Assembly (NCBI GenBank): GCA_965261395.1
Contig: OZ253462.1
Coordinates: 3,552,001 to 3,616,000 of the forward strand
Direction of reading: 5' to 3'
DNA from: Candidatus Latescibacterota bacterium
GTDB lineage: Bacteria > Latescibacterota > UBA2968 > UBA8231
DNA: 64,000 bases
This document shows, one piece after another, positions 18,696 to 28,071 of this stretch. Position numbers and translations under genes: made by a program. Positions within the stretch are counted from its first letter, which is position 1; each line of letters opens with the position of its first letter. The notes beneath the pieces were generated by a model that did not search any database, was not told the origin of the DNA, and saw only the letters and a program-made list of their open reading frames with translations.

Positions 18696-21047
18696 TTAGT
18701 AGGCCACGGCGATGGTGCGAAACGCGGTGTCGTCGCCGGCATCGGCACCCAGATTGACGCGCAGGACGTACAGGCCGGGGGCGGCACCCGCTCCATCGGC
18801 GTCGCGGCCATCCCAGGTGAAGAGGCGTTGCGACCCCTCGCTGCCTGGGGTAAGAGCCGCTACTTGGCGTCCGGCCAGATCGAAGATTTTCACCTGCGGC
18901 TCGCGGCCCTCGACTTTGAAGGCGACGAATCGCACCTCTAGCCGGTCGTTGATACCGTCGCCGTTGGGAGTTACGGTCGCAGAGGCCAGTTGCAGATCGC
19001 TGATGAGCTGGCTGTTGCTGGTCAGCTCGGGGAGCATGACGATGTTGGAGCGGCGCTGGGCCGCCTCGACCGCCTGCCACAGGCCCGGTGATTCGCTCGA
19101 TCCTAGGTCGAGGGCGAAGACGGTGGCGTTTTGCAGCAGGCGGGTAGTGAAGCTCACTTGCAACGAGTCGCCCGCGATCACCTGCGGCAGAGCGATGAGC
19201 AGCGAGTCGGCCTGCACGTCCAAGGCGGCCGGAACGACCTGTTCCGCGCCTACCATCACCGAGACGCTCGATAGGTCAACAGGTTCGGGGACGGTGAAAC
19301 GCATTAGGTCGAAACCGCTGTCGAAGCCATCGGTCTCGGGCCAGAGGGTATAGGTGAAGTTCGTGTCTTGGTTGGGAGTGGCCTCGCGGGGGGTGACGCT
19401 GCCGCGCGCGCCTTGAACTAGGGCTTCTTCAAACTCGACGGACACCGAATTGACGGTCGGGGTGACGGTGGGGTCCTCGGTGGAGAGGATCATCTCCAGC
19501 AAGATGAAGCGGCGCGGGCTGGCCGATTTGAAGGTCTCGCCCGAAAACTGGTAGGTATTGCTAAATGCGTTCCAGTCCTCGCCTGTGACCAAGGTCGAGT
19601 CAACAGGCCCTCTGATCACCTTGGGCAAGCTGTTCCACTTCTCCTCGGTGACCAGATCGCCCTTCTTGTCGTAAAAGGTGTACTCCGGGCTGAGCGCATT
19701 GCCCGAGCGAGAGCGCAATTGCAATCGGGTGCCCGGCGGCAGGTCGGCGTCCCAGTGCAGGGCCTTGATGACTTTGGGCCGCCCATCGCCGGCTACCTCG
19801 CCGAGGTTGATAAAGGCCGACTGCAACTCGACTTGGGCCGGATAACCCGGCGAGAATAGTTGTATCTCACCCCACTTGACGACGCCCCATCCCCTGCAGC
19901 TAACTCCGTGCCACAACAGGTAGCGGGCCTTGTGTGGCTCAAACAGGTAGCGCATGTAAAACAGGTTGTCGGCGTTGGGGGCCAGATGGGTGAAGACCTC
20001 TTCGTAATCGACGTTTTCGGGCACTTCGACGAGTGGGGCGGTGCCCGTGGCCGGGGTGCCGTCGGAAAAGAGGAGGGTGTGGCCCGGCCCAGCGCCAGAG
20101 ATGGTGAAACCCAAGGTGCCTTCGTCGGGCTGCATGGAATAGAGGAACATCTCGTCGATAAAGAATGTCGCGCCTAGATCCGCGCGGAACCACGTGCCGC
20201 CTTCGGCCCATCCCGACAGATCACCACGGCAGCCGGTGACGGTATTGTTGGTGTTGAGGTTGGCATCGAAGAGGTTGGGGGTGGAGCCGGTGCCATCGCC
20301 TTCGACGAAATTGCCGCGTAGGCTGGTGCCTATGGCAATGTTGTCGCCGATGCCGATGACCTCGATCTCGGCGAGGGCAGCGTTGGCGTTCTGCTCTTCG
20401 GAGATGATTTGGATGTACTGGATTAACTGGTAGTGGTTGCGTTCTGCGGGCGTTAAATCCAAATCGGGGTCAAACACTAGCGCGCTGTCGCGACCAGCGT
20501 AGCGCAACGGGATGACAATTTCTGATTCGGCGTTGGGGCGCGTGGTGCGGAAGGCCTGGCGGTAGAGGAAGAGGTCTTCGGTGGCCGAGATGCGCACGCC
20601 AGAGGTGGTGAAGACGCGGAATTGGCGGAACGGGCGCGCTCCCTCTTGGTCGGGGAATGTCAGGCGAATCTCGCGGGCTAGGGCCGCACGGCCTAGGTCG
20701 ATGGTGATAAACCAGTCCTCGCGGGCGTCGTCGGGGCTAGGTTGCCAATAGGTCGTTGGATCGCCGTCGATGGCCAGCGGGGCGTCGGCCGGGTTGGAGC
20801 CAGCTTGCCAGAGGCCGCCGGCAACGGCATCGCCTCTAGTGCGGGTCTTGTGGGTGAAGCGATGCGCGTCCTCGATGAGGTTGATGTCCTTGCGGAATTT
20901 GACGAGCGAGAGCTGGCCTTGTTCGCCGACCTGGACCAAGCCGAAGGGCTGTTGCCATTGGGCCCATTTCTCGGCGCTGTCGAAGGAGAGCATTTCAGCC
21001 GCTAGTGGGGCGGCTAGCACGAGGCAGACGATGATTACGCGTTGCAT
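18696..21047 (-). CDS. Array protein, type B: secreted, discoidin/F5-8C-like N-terminal domain, C-terminal TPNGDG/FlgD-Ig domain
   Basis: AGGAGG RBS; MQRVIIV...LAA|E; AIDGDPTTYWQP...WFITIDLGR; VTPNGDGIND...WDGRD...TIAVAY. Confidence 0.85.
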   Translation of the reverse strand: MQRVIIVCLVLAAPLAAEMLSFDSAEKWAQWQQPFGLVQVGEQGQLSLVKFRKDINLIEDAHRFTHKTRTRGDAVAGGLWQAGSNPADAPLAIDGDPTTYWQPSPDDAREDWFITIDLGRAALAREIRLTFPDQEGARPFRQFRVFTTSGVRISATEDLFLYRQAFRTTRPNAESEIVIPLRYAGRDSALVFDPDLDLTPAERNHYQLIQYIQIISEEQNANAALAEIEVIGIGDNIAIGTSLRGNFVEGDGTGSTPNLFDANLNTNNTVTGCRGDLSGWAEGGTWFRADLGATFFIDEMFLYSMQPDEGTLGFTISGAGPGHTLLFSDGTPATGTAPLVEVPENVDYEEVFTHLAPNADNLFYMRYLFEPHKARYLLWHGVSCRGWGVVKWGEIQLFSPGYPAQVELQSAFINLGEVAGDGRPKVIKALHWDADLPPGTRLQLRSRSGNALSPEYTFYDKKGDLVTEEKWNSLPKVIRGPVDSTLVTGEDWNAFSNTYQFSGETFKSASPRRFILLEMILSTEDPTVTPTVNSVSVEFEEALVQGARGSVTPREATPNQDTNFTYTLWPETDGFDSGFDLMRFTVPEPVDLSSVSVMVGAEQVVPAALDVQADSLLIALPQVIAGDSLQVSFTTRLLQNATVFALDLGSSESPGLWQAVEAAQRRSNIVMLPELTSNSQLISDLQLASATVTPNGDGINDRLEVRFVAFKVEGREPQVKIFDLAGRQVAALTPGSEGSQRLFTWDGRDADGAGAAPGLYVLRVNLGADAGDDTAFRTIAVAY

Positions 21048-21057
21048 CGAATCCTCC

Positions 21058-23091
21058 TTAGTAGGCGATACCCAAAGGGCGGTATTGAGGATCGGCAGCA
21101 AATTCCGAGCGCAGATTTAAGGCCGTCAGGTAGAGGCCGGGCGGTAGCCTCTGACCTGTTTCATCGCGGCCGTCCCAGCGCAGGCTCTGCGGGCCCGCGC
21201 TCTGCAAGCCGGCCTCGACGAGGGCCACGCGCCGCCCGTCGAGGCTATAGACCTCGAGGACGACGGGAACGGCTTCGGGCAGGCGGAACAGCGAATAGGC
21301 GATGTGCAGTTCGTCGTTGATGCCGTCGCCGTTGGGCGTAAAGACCGCAGAGGAAAAGGTCAGGTTCTGGATGAAGGCGGTTGTTTGCCCCGTGGTGCCG
21401 AGGACGCGCAGGCTGTTGGTCGAGAGGGCTGCGCCGACATCAGCACCGACTACAGGTTGCGGTAGAACGTCGCGTTCGCTGTCTAGGACCTCGCTCTGGA
21501 AGGTGGTTGCGAATTCAAATATCTCCGTGCCAAAGACAATGCGGATCGGCGGATTGTTGGCGCGGGTGATGCGCTCGGGCAGGTGGATGAGTAGGCCCTC
21601 GGGCTCTTGGGTGATCTCGGCAGGCGCAGTTTCCGTGCGGCTCTCGCCTAGTTGCAGGCTTTTGAGTTCGGTTTGGTGCCCCGTGCGAATGCGCAACAGG
21701 TCGAAGCCGGGTGCGTCAACCGTCTCGAAATCGGCTCGGAGATCATAGACGAATTCTATCGCTTCGCCGAGGGGGACTTGGGTGATCCCGCTGGCGGGCT
21801 GTGGATCGTCTAGGGGAGCCACTTCGCCGCGCACGTTGGCGGCCAACAGCGGGGCGGTTTCGAGCCACAGCGAGTCGAGGCGCACGAAATCGTCGAAGGA
21901 ATCGCTTTCCATGGTGATGAGGAACTGCAAATGGGTGCCGTTGCGCAGGTTGATCGGTTGACCCGATTCGACGAAGGGTGCGGACCAGAAAGTCCAGTTA
22001 TCTGAATCGTAGCCGATGGACGCGCGGATGCCGGGTTTGGGCTGGCGTTCGCTCAGGTCGGATGAGGAGCCGATGCGCACGAAGCGGGTGCGCAGTGCGT
22101 TTTCGTAGTGGTCGCGCGAGACTACGCGCTCCAGCCCGGTATCCATGTACTCGTGATAGACGGCCGGGTCGTCGTCTAGGCCAGTGCGCACCTCGACCTT
22201 GATCTGGGCCGCTGCATCGGGGGTTTCCACTGGGGTCCCATTGACCATGCGGAACTTTGTCGCCTGCCAGAACAGCCGTCCGAAATTCACGGGTTCGCCG
22301 AGGTCGGTTATCTTGGTCTTGTAGATGCTCCGCTGCGGTACTCCTTGGGCAAAGAGTTGGAACTCGCTGATTGAGCCGATGAGGGAGAAGGTGATTTTGC
22401 TGATCTTGGCTTGGGCGTCCTCGTCTAGTATCGAGAGCGTCCGGCGGTAGCGAAAGAAGCGCAGATACTGGCGGTTGAAGTCGAAGCGGATCTGCGGGGT
22501 AAAATTGTTGTCAACATCGGCGATGACGGTGGAGAGTGGGTTGGCATTGCCTTTGAGGACTGGAGGTTCGGGCGCGACTGAGGCGGTCACCTGAAAGGCG
22601 GGGACGAAGTCCGTTTCCAGGGGGGTCCCATCGGAACGAAAGCCCTCACTGGGAGGAATAAAGCCAAAGGTCACCGCTGGCACCGCCACGGCTAAATCCA
22701 TGGTGAAGGTTTCTTTTTCGACGAGGTCGGCCATTGGGGGATTATAGGTGAGAGGGTCGCCGTCAATGAGCCAGGAGCCGTTTTCTGATGGATCGGGCAC
22801 GCCGTTGTTCCACTTCCACATGCGCGGCGTCTCGCCGTCTAGGTAGTCGAAGATGCGGTCGCTGGGATCGCGCCAGAAGGCCCAGTTGTCGATATGGGAA
22901 AAAACCGTCTCGTCCGGCGTGAAGTACGTGGGCTGGATGGCACCGGGGGTGGTTGCGAAATCGACGAAGAGGCGGGTGGTGTCGTTTTCGCTCCAGGCTA
23001 GGCCATTGCCGCCTAGCTGCCAGTGGGCGATCTGGGCGGTGGCGCTTTGCGCTAAAATTAGGATGAACAAGACGATAGTGGCACGGCGCAT
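21058..23091 (-). CDS. Array protein, type A (duplicate copy)
   Basis: MRRATIV...SATA|QIAHWQLGG; DLGEPVNFGRLFW; FTPNGDGIND...RPLGIAY. Confidence 0.88.
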   Translation of the reverse strand: MRRATIVLFILILAQSATAQIAHWQLGGNGLAWSENDTTRLFVDFATTPGAIQPTYFTPDETVFSHIDNWAFWRDPSDRIFDYLDGETPRMWKWNNGVPDPSENGSWLIDGDPLTYNPPMADLVEKETFTMDLAVAVPAVTFGFIPPSEGFRSDGTPLETDFVPAFQVTASVAPEPPVLKGNANPLSTVIADVDNNFTPQIRFDFNRQYLRFFRYRRTLSILDEDAQAKISKITFSLIGSISEFQLFAQGVPQRSIYKTKITDLGEPVNFGRLFWQATKFRMVNGTPVETPDAAAQIKVEVRTGLDDDPAVYHEYMDTGLERVVSRDHYENALRTRFVRIGSSSDLSERQPKPGIRASIGYDSDNWTFWSAPFVESGQPINLRNGTHLQFLITMESDSFDDFVRLDSLWLETAPLLAANVRGEVAPLDDPQPASGITQVPLGEAIEFVYDLRADFETVDAPGFDLLRIRTGHQTELKSLQLGESRTETAPAEITQEPEGLLIHLPERITRANNPPIRIVFGTEIFEFATTFQSEVLDSERDVLPQPVVGADVGAALSTNSLRVLGTTGQTTAFIQNLTFSSAVFTPNGDGINDELHIAYSLFRLPEAVPVVLEVYSLDGRRVALVEAGLQSAGPQSLRWDGRDETGQRLPPGLYLTALNLRSEFAADPQYRPLGIAY

Positions 23092-23176
23092 GAAGACCCT
23101 CCTTTGGCAAAGCGAAAATTAGAGACATGTGCCAACAATATAATGCGTGGTAAACAATTATCCTATCTGAGGAAGA

Positions 23177-23599
23177 TCAGTACGCCACGGCGATGGTGCG
23201 CAGTACTGTATCATCGCCAGCGTCAGCCCCTAGGTCGATGCGGCAGAGGTAGGTGCCGGGTGGCATGAGGTCGCCTTGGGCAGCGCTTCCGTTCCAGGTG
23301 AAAACGTGAGCCAAGCCGTCGATGGCCAGCGGGGCGTCGGCCTCGTTGGAGCCAGCTTGCCAGAGACCTCCGGCGACGGCATCGCCCTTGGTGCGGGTCT
23401 CGTGGACGAAGAAGTGTGCGTCTTCGACGAGGTTGATATCCTTGCGGAATTTGACGAGCGAGAGTTGGCCCTGTTCGCCGACCTAGACCAAGCCGAAGGG
23501 CTGTTGCCATTGGGCCCATTCCTCGCCGCTGTCAAAGGAGAGCATGTCAGCAGCGAGTGGGACGGCTAGCACGAGGCAGACGATGATTACGCGTTGCAT
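23177..23599 (-). pseudogene. Chimeric type-B junction gene: N-terminus of the 21047 gene fused in frame to the C-terminus of the 28065 gene, with a nonsense codon
   Basis: MQRVIIV...FGLV*VGEQ...APLAIDG|LAHVFTWNGSAAQGDL...TIAVAY; TAG at 23483-23485 (codon 39). Confidence 0.9.
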
Positions 23600-23609
23600 C
23601 GAATCCTCC

Positions 23610-25643
23610 TTAGTAGGCGATACCCAAAGGGCGGTATTGAGGATCGGCAGCAAATTCCGAGCGCAGATTTAAGGCCGTCAGGTAGAGGCCGGGCGGTAGC
23701 CACTGACCTGTTTCATCGCGGCCGTCCCAGCGCAGGCTCTGCGGGCCTGCGCTCTGCAAGCCGGCCTCGACGAGGGCCACGCGCCGACCATCGAGGCTAT
23801 AGACCTCGAGGACGACGGGAACGGCTTCGGGCAGGCGGAACAGCGAATAGGCGATGTGCAGTTCGTCGTTGATGCCGTCGCCGTTGGGCGTAAAGACCGC
23901 AGAGGAAAAGGTCAGGTTCTGGATGAAGGCGGTTGTTTGCCCCGTGGTGCCAAGGACGCGCAGGCTGTTGGTCGAGAGGGCTGCGCCGACATCAGCACCG
24001 ACTACAGGTTGCGGTAGAACGTCGCGTTCGCTGTCTAGGACCTCGCTCTGGAAGGTGGTTGCGAATTCAAATATCTCCGTGCCAAAGACAATGCGGATCG
24101 GCGGATTGTTGGCGCGGGTGATGCGCTCGGGCAGGTGGATGAGTAGGCCCTCGGGCTCTTGGGTGATCTCGGCAGGCGCAGTTTCCGTGCGGCTCTCGCC
24201 TAGTTGCAGGCTTTTGAGTTCGGTTTGGTGCCCCGTGCGAATGCGCAACAGGTCGAAGCCGGGTGCGTCAACCGTCTCGAAATCGGCTTGGAGATCATAG
24301 ACGAATTCTATCGCTTCGCCGAGGGGGACTTGGGTGATCCCGCTGGCGGGCTGCGGATCGTCTAGGGGAGCCACTTCGCCGCGCACGTTGGCGGCCAACA
24401 GCGGGGCGGTTTCGAGCCACAGCGAATCGAGGCGCACGAAGTCGTCGAAGGAGTCGCTTTCCATGGTGATGAGGAACTGCAAATAGGTGCCGTTGCGCAG
24501 GCTGATAGGTTGGCCTGATTCGACGAAGGGTGCGGACCAGAAGGTCCAGTTGTCTGAATCGTAGCCGATGGACGCGCGGACGCCCGGCTTGGGCTGGCGT
24601 TCGCTCAGGTCGGATGCGGCGGTGATACGCACGAAGCGAGTGCGCAGGGCGTTTTCATAGTGGTCGCGCGAAACTACGCGCTCTAGGCCGGTGTCCATGT
24701 ACTCGTGATAGACGGCCGGGTCGTCGTCTAGGCCGGTGCGCACCTCGATCTTAACTTGGGCCGCCGCGTCGGGAGTTTCCACTGGAGTCCCATTGACCAT
24801 GCGGAATTTTGTCGCCTGCCAGAACAGCCGTCCGAAATTTACGGGTTCGCCGAGGTCGGTTATCTTGGTCTTGTAAATGGCCTGCTGAGGCACACCTTGG
24901 GAGAAGAGCTGAAACTCGCTGATCGAGCCGATGAGAGCAAAGGCGACGTTGCCGCTCTTGGCTTGGGCGTCCTCATCCAGTAGCGAGAGCGTCCGGCGGT
25001 AGCGGAAGAAGCGCAGGTACTGGCGGTTGAAGTCGATGCGGACCTGCGGGGTAAAATTGTTGTCAACATCGGCGATGACGGTGGAGAGTGGATTGACATT
25101 GCCTTCAAGCACCGGGGGTTCGGGTGCGACCGAGGCGGTCACCTGAAAGGCGGGAACGAAGTCCGTTTCCAGTGGGGTGCCGTCGGAACGAAAGCCCTCG
25201 CTGGGCGGAATAAAGCCAAAGGCCACCGCTGGCACCGACACGGCCAAATCCATGGTGAAGGTTTCCTTTTCAATGCGGTCGGCTTTGGGTGGGTTGTAGG
25301 TGGTAGGGTCGCCATCGATGAGCCAGGAGCCGTTTTCCGAAGGGTCGGGTATGCCGTGGTTCCACTTCCACATGCGCGGGGTCTCGCCGTCGAGGTAGTC
25401 GAAAATCCGGTCGCTGGGGTCGCGCCAGAAGGCCCAGTTGTCGATATGGGAAAAAACCGTCTCGTCCGGCGTGAAGTACGTAGGCTGGATGGCACCGGGG
25501 GTGGTTGCGAAATCGACGAAGAGGCGGGTGGTGTCGTTTTCGCTCCAGGCTAGGCCACTGCCGCCTAGCTGCCAGTGGGCGATCTGGGCGGTGGCGCTTT
25601 GCGCTAAACTTAGGATGAACAAGACGATAGTGGCGCGGCGCAT
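23610..25643 (-). CDS. Array protein, type A (duplicate copy)
   Basis: 677 aa, colinear with 21058..23091. Confidence 0.88.
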   Translation of the reverse strand: MRRATIVLFILSLAQSATAQIAHWQLGGSGLAWSENDTTRLFVDFATTPGAIQPTYFTPDETVFSHIDNWAFWRDPSDRIFDYLDGETPRMWKWNHGIPDPSENGSWLIDGDPTTYNPPKADRIEKETFTMDLAVSVPAVAFGFIPPSEGFRSDGTPLETDFVPAFQVTASVAPEPPVLEGNVNPLSTVIADVDNNFTPQVRIDFNRQYLRFFRYRRTLSLLDEDAQAKSGNVAFALIGSISEFQLFSQGVPQQAIYKTKITDLGEPVNFGRLFWQATKFRMVNGTPVETPDAAAQVKIEVRTGLDDDPAVYHEYMDTGLERVVSRDHYENALRTRFVRITAASDLSERQPKPGVRASIGYDSDNWTFWSAPFVESGQPISLRNGTYLQFLITMESDSFDDFVRLDSLWLETAPLLAANVRGEVAPLDDPQPASGITQVPLGEAIEFVYDLQADFETVDAPGFDLLRIRTGHQTELKSLQLGESRTETAPAEITQEPEGLLIHLPERITRANNPPIRIVFGTEIFEFATTFQSEVLDSERDVLPQPVVGADVGAALSTNSLRVLGTTGQTTAFIQNLTFSSAVFTPNGDGINDELHIAYSLFRLPEAVPVVLEVYSLDGRRVALVEAGLQSAGPQSLRWDGRDETGQWLPPGLYLTALNLRSEFAADPQYRPLGIAY

Positions 25644-25728
25644 GAAGGCTTTCCTTTGGCAAAGCGAAAATTAGAGACATGTGCCAATAATATAATATTT
25701 GATAGACAATTATCCTATCTGCGGAAAA

Positions 25729-28065
25729 TCAGTACGCCACAGCGATGGCGTGCAGTGCTGTATCGTCGCCGGCGTCAGCTCCTAGGTCAATGCGGCAGAG
25801 GTAGGTGCCGGGTGGCATGAGGTCGCCTTGGGCAGCGCTTCCGTTCCAGGTGAAAACATAGGCTACGCCGTCGATGGCTGGGGCCGCTAGTTCGGCGACC
25901 GGCCTTCCGGCAAGGTCGAAAATGCGCACTTGGGGCGTGCGTTGCTCGACCTTGAAGGCGACGAAGCGGATAACTACTTCGTCGTTGATGCCGTCGCCGT
26001 TGGGAGTGAGTACTGGCGAGGAAATCGAGAGGTCGTCAATGAGCTGGGTAGTGCCGGTCAGAGCGGGGAGCATGACGATATTGGCGCGGCGCGTCAGCGG
26101 CTCGACCGATTGCCACAGGTCTGGATGGCCGCTCGAACCTAAGTCGAGGCCGAAGAGCGTGGCGTTGTGTAGTACGCGGGTGGTGAAGCTGACTTGGACG
26201 GAGTCGGTGGTGATGGCACGGGGCAGGTCGATTTGCAGGGCGTCGGCGCGGATGTCTATGGAAGATGGCTCGATGTGGGTGCCGCCCGCGCGGACTTCGA
26301 CATCGGACGCTTCAGCGGGGAGGGCAAAGCGCAGCAAGTCGAAGCCCGCGTGGGCGGCATCGGCCGCGGACAACAGGGTGTAGGTGAAGCGAGTGTCCTC
26401 GTTGGGCAGGGCGACTCTGGGGGCGATTTGGCCCTGGGCGCCCTGTAACAGCGCGTCCTTGTACTCAAGCGACAGCGCGTCAATTGCGGGTGCCGCCTGT
26501 GGATCGTCGGTCGAGAGGATCATCTCCAACTGCACGAAGCGACGCGGGCTTTGCGACTTGAATGCCTCGCCGGAAAAGGTGTACGCCTTGCTCCACGCAT
26601 CCCAATCCTCGCTGACCACGACGGTGGTGTCGATCCTTCCCCGCAGCACTTTGGGCAGGCTGAGCCATTTCTCTTCAGTGACCGGCTCGCCGATCTTGTC
26701 GTGGAAGGCATAGACCTCGCCCTGGGTGTTGCCCGAGCGCGAGTGCACTTGCAGGCGAGTGCCGGGCGGAATGTCGGCGTCCCAAGAGAGGTGGCTGATG
26801 ACTTTGGCACGCCCATCGCCAGCGGCCGTGCCGAGATCGATAAAGTCCGAATGCATGACGACCTCGGCGGGGTGGCCCGGCGAAAAGAGCATCAGCTCGG
26901 TCCAGCGCGAACCCCATTCCTGGGGGGTGTGGGCGTGCCAGAACAGGTAGCGGACCCTGCGCGGTTGGAACAGATAGCGCAGATAGCGCATGGAGCCGGG
27001 GTCGGGTTGGTCGATGAGGGTAGCAAAGTCAAAGGATTCGGGGATGGGGAGCTGGGAGCTGATGACGCGGGTGCCGTCCGAGTGGAGAAAGTTAAAGCCT
27101 CTCGGAGCGCTGGCCACGCTCCCGACCGTGCCCTCGCGCGGCCTGAGCGCGTAGAGGAAAAGCTCGTCGAGCCAGAATACGGCCCCTAAGTCGATGAAGA
27201 ACCAGGTGCCCTGATCTTCCCAACTGCGGACGCGGCCCTCAAAGCCTACGGGCAGGATGGAGCTGGCGGTGTTCATGTCGCCGTCGAGGATATTTTCGTT
27301 AGAGCGGGCGGTAAGCCCGTTGATGATGCCGCCGCGCTGGTCGTTGCCCAAGCTGACGTTGTCGCCGACGGCGATGACTTCGACCTCGGCTAAGGCACCT
27401 TCAGGCTCTAGGTCTTCGACTGTGAAGTTGATGTACTGGATGAGGCGGTACTGGTTGAACTCTTCCAGATCGACGTTGAGACTAGGGTCGAGGACCTGGG
27501 CGCTGTCCTGGAGGTCGAAGGCGAGGGGGATTGAGATGGTGGTATCCCTGTTAGGTTGAGTCGTCAGATAAACCGGCCGAAAAATAAAGAGGTCGCCGAG
27601 GGCGTCGGAAGTGATGCCGGTGGCGGTGAAGACGGTGAACTGGCGGAAGGGGCGGGCGCCTTCTTGGTCGGGAAAGTGCAGGCGGATCTCTTTGGCCAGC
27701 ACGGCGCGACCGAGGTCAATCTGCACGAACCAGTCGCCGAGCACGTCGTCGGCCGAGGCCTGCCAGAAGGTCGCGCGGTTGCCGTCCATGACCCGTCTGG
27801 CTGCGGCTGGGTTGCTGCCGGCTTCCCAGATCCCGCCCGGCACGTTGGCACCGCGCGAGCGGGTGTGGTGGGTAAAGTCGGGCGCGTCGGCTACGGCGTT
27901 GATATCCTTGCGGAATTTGACCAGCCGCAACTGACCGCGGTCGCCAAACTCGATCAGGCCATAGGGCTTCTTCCAGGTTGACCAGCTAGCGGCGCTGTCG
28001 AAGCGGAATTCTGCGGCGGCGAGCGCGGTTGCCGAACAGAGGACCCAAAGCAGTAGAGGACGCAT
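25729..28065 (-). CDS. Array protein, type B
   Basis: Signal peptide; FDSAASW, KFRKDIN, MDGNRATFW...IDLGRAV; LTPNGDGIND...AIAVAY. Confidence 0.88.
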   Translation of the reverse strand: MRPLLLWVLCSATALAAAEFRFDSAASWSTWKKPYGLIEFGDRGQLRLVKFRKDINAVADAPDFTHHTRSRGANVPGGIWEAGSNPAAARRVMDGNRATFWQASADDVLGDWFVQIDLGRAVLAKEIRLHFPDQEGARPFRQFTVFTATGITSDALGDLFIFRPVYLTTQPNRDTTISIPLAFDLQDSAQVLDPSLNVDLEEFNQYRLIQYINFTVEDLEPEGALAEVEVIAVGDNVSLGNDQRGGIINGLTARSNENILDGDMNTASSILPVGFEGRVRSWEDQGTWFFIDLGAVFWLDELFLYALRPREGTVGSVASAPRGFNFLHSDGTRVISSQLPIPESFDFATLIDQPDPGSMRYLRYLFQPRRVRYLFWHAHTPQEWGSRWTELMLFSPGHPAEVVMHSDFIDLGTAAGDGRAKVISHLSWDADIPPGTRLQVHSRSGNTQGEVYAFHDKIGEPVTEEKWLSLPKVLRGRIDTTVVVSEDWDAWSKAYTFSGEAFKSQSPRRFVQLEMILSTDDPQAAPAIDALSLEYKDALLQGAQGQIAPRVALPNEDTRFTYTLLSAADAAHAGFDLLRFALPAEASDVEVRAGGTHIEPSSIDIRADALQIDLPRAITTDSVQVSFTTRVLHNATLFGLDLGSSGHPDLWQSVEPLTRRANIVMLPALTGTTQLIDDLSISSPVLTPNGDGINDEVVIRFVAFKVEQRTPQVRIFDLAGRPVAELAAPAIDGVAYVFTWNGSAAQGDLMPPGTYLCRIDLGADAGDDTALHAIAVAY

Positions 28066-28071
28066 TGGCCG

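Larger units (their letters stand above)
20763..25878. repeat. Tandem duplication of 2,552 bp bounded by the 12-bp direct repeat GCCGTCGATGGC
   Basis: 12-mer at 20763, 23315 and 25867 (spacing 2552 each time); homologous starts and stops are all offset by 2552 (21047/23599, 21058/23610, 23091/25643, 23177/25729). Confidence 0.92.

Noticed and set aside
23092-23176. sigma54 promoter upstream of the duplicated A genes (TGGCAC on the minus strand)
   Set aside because: No TTGC at the -12 position; only an AT-rich tract and an RBS are supportable
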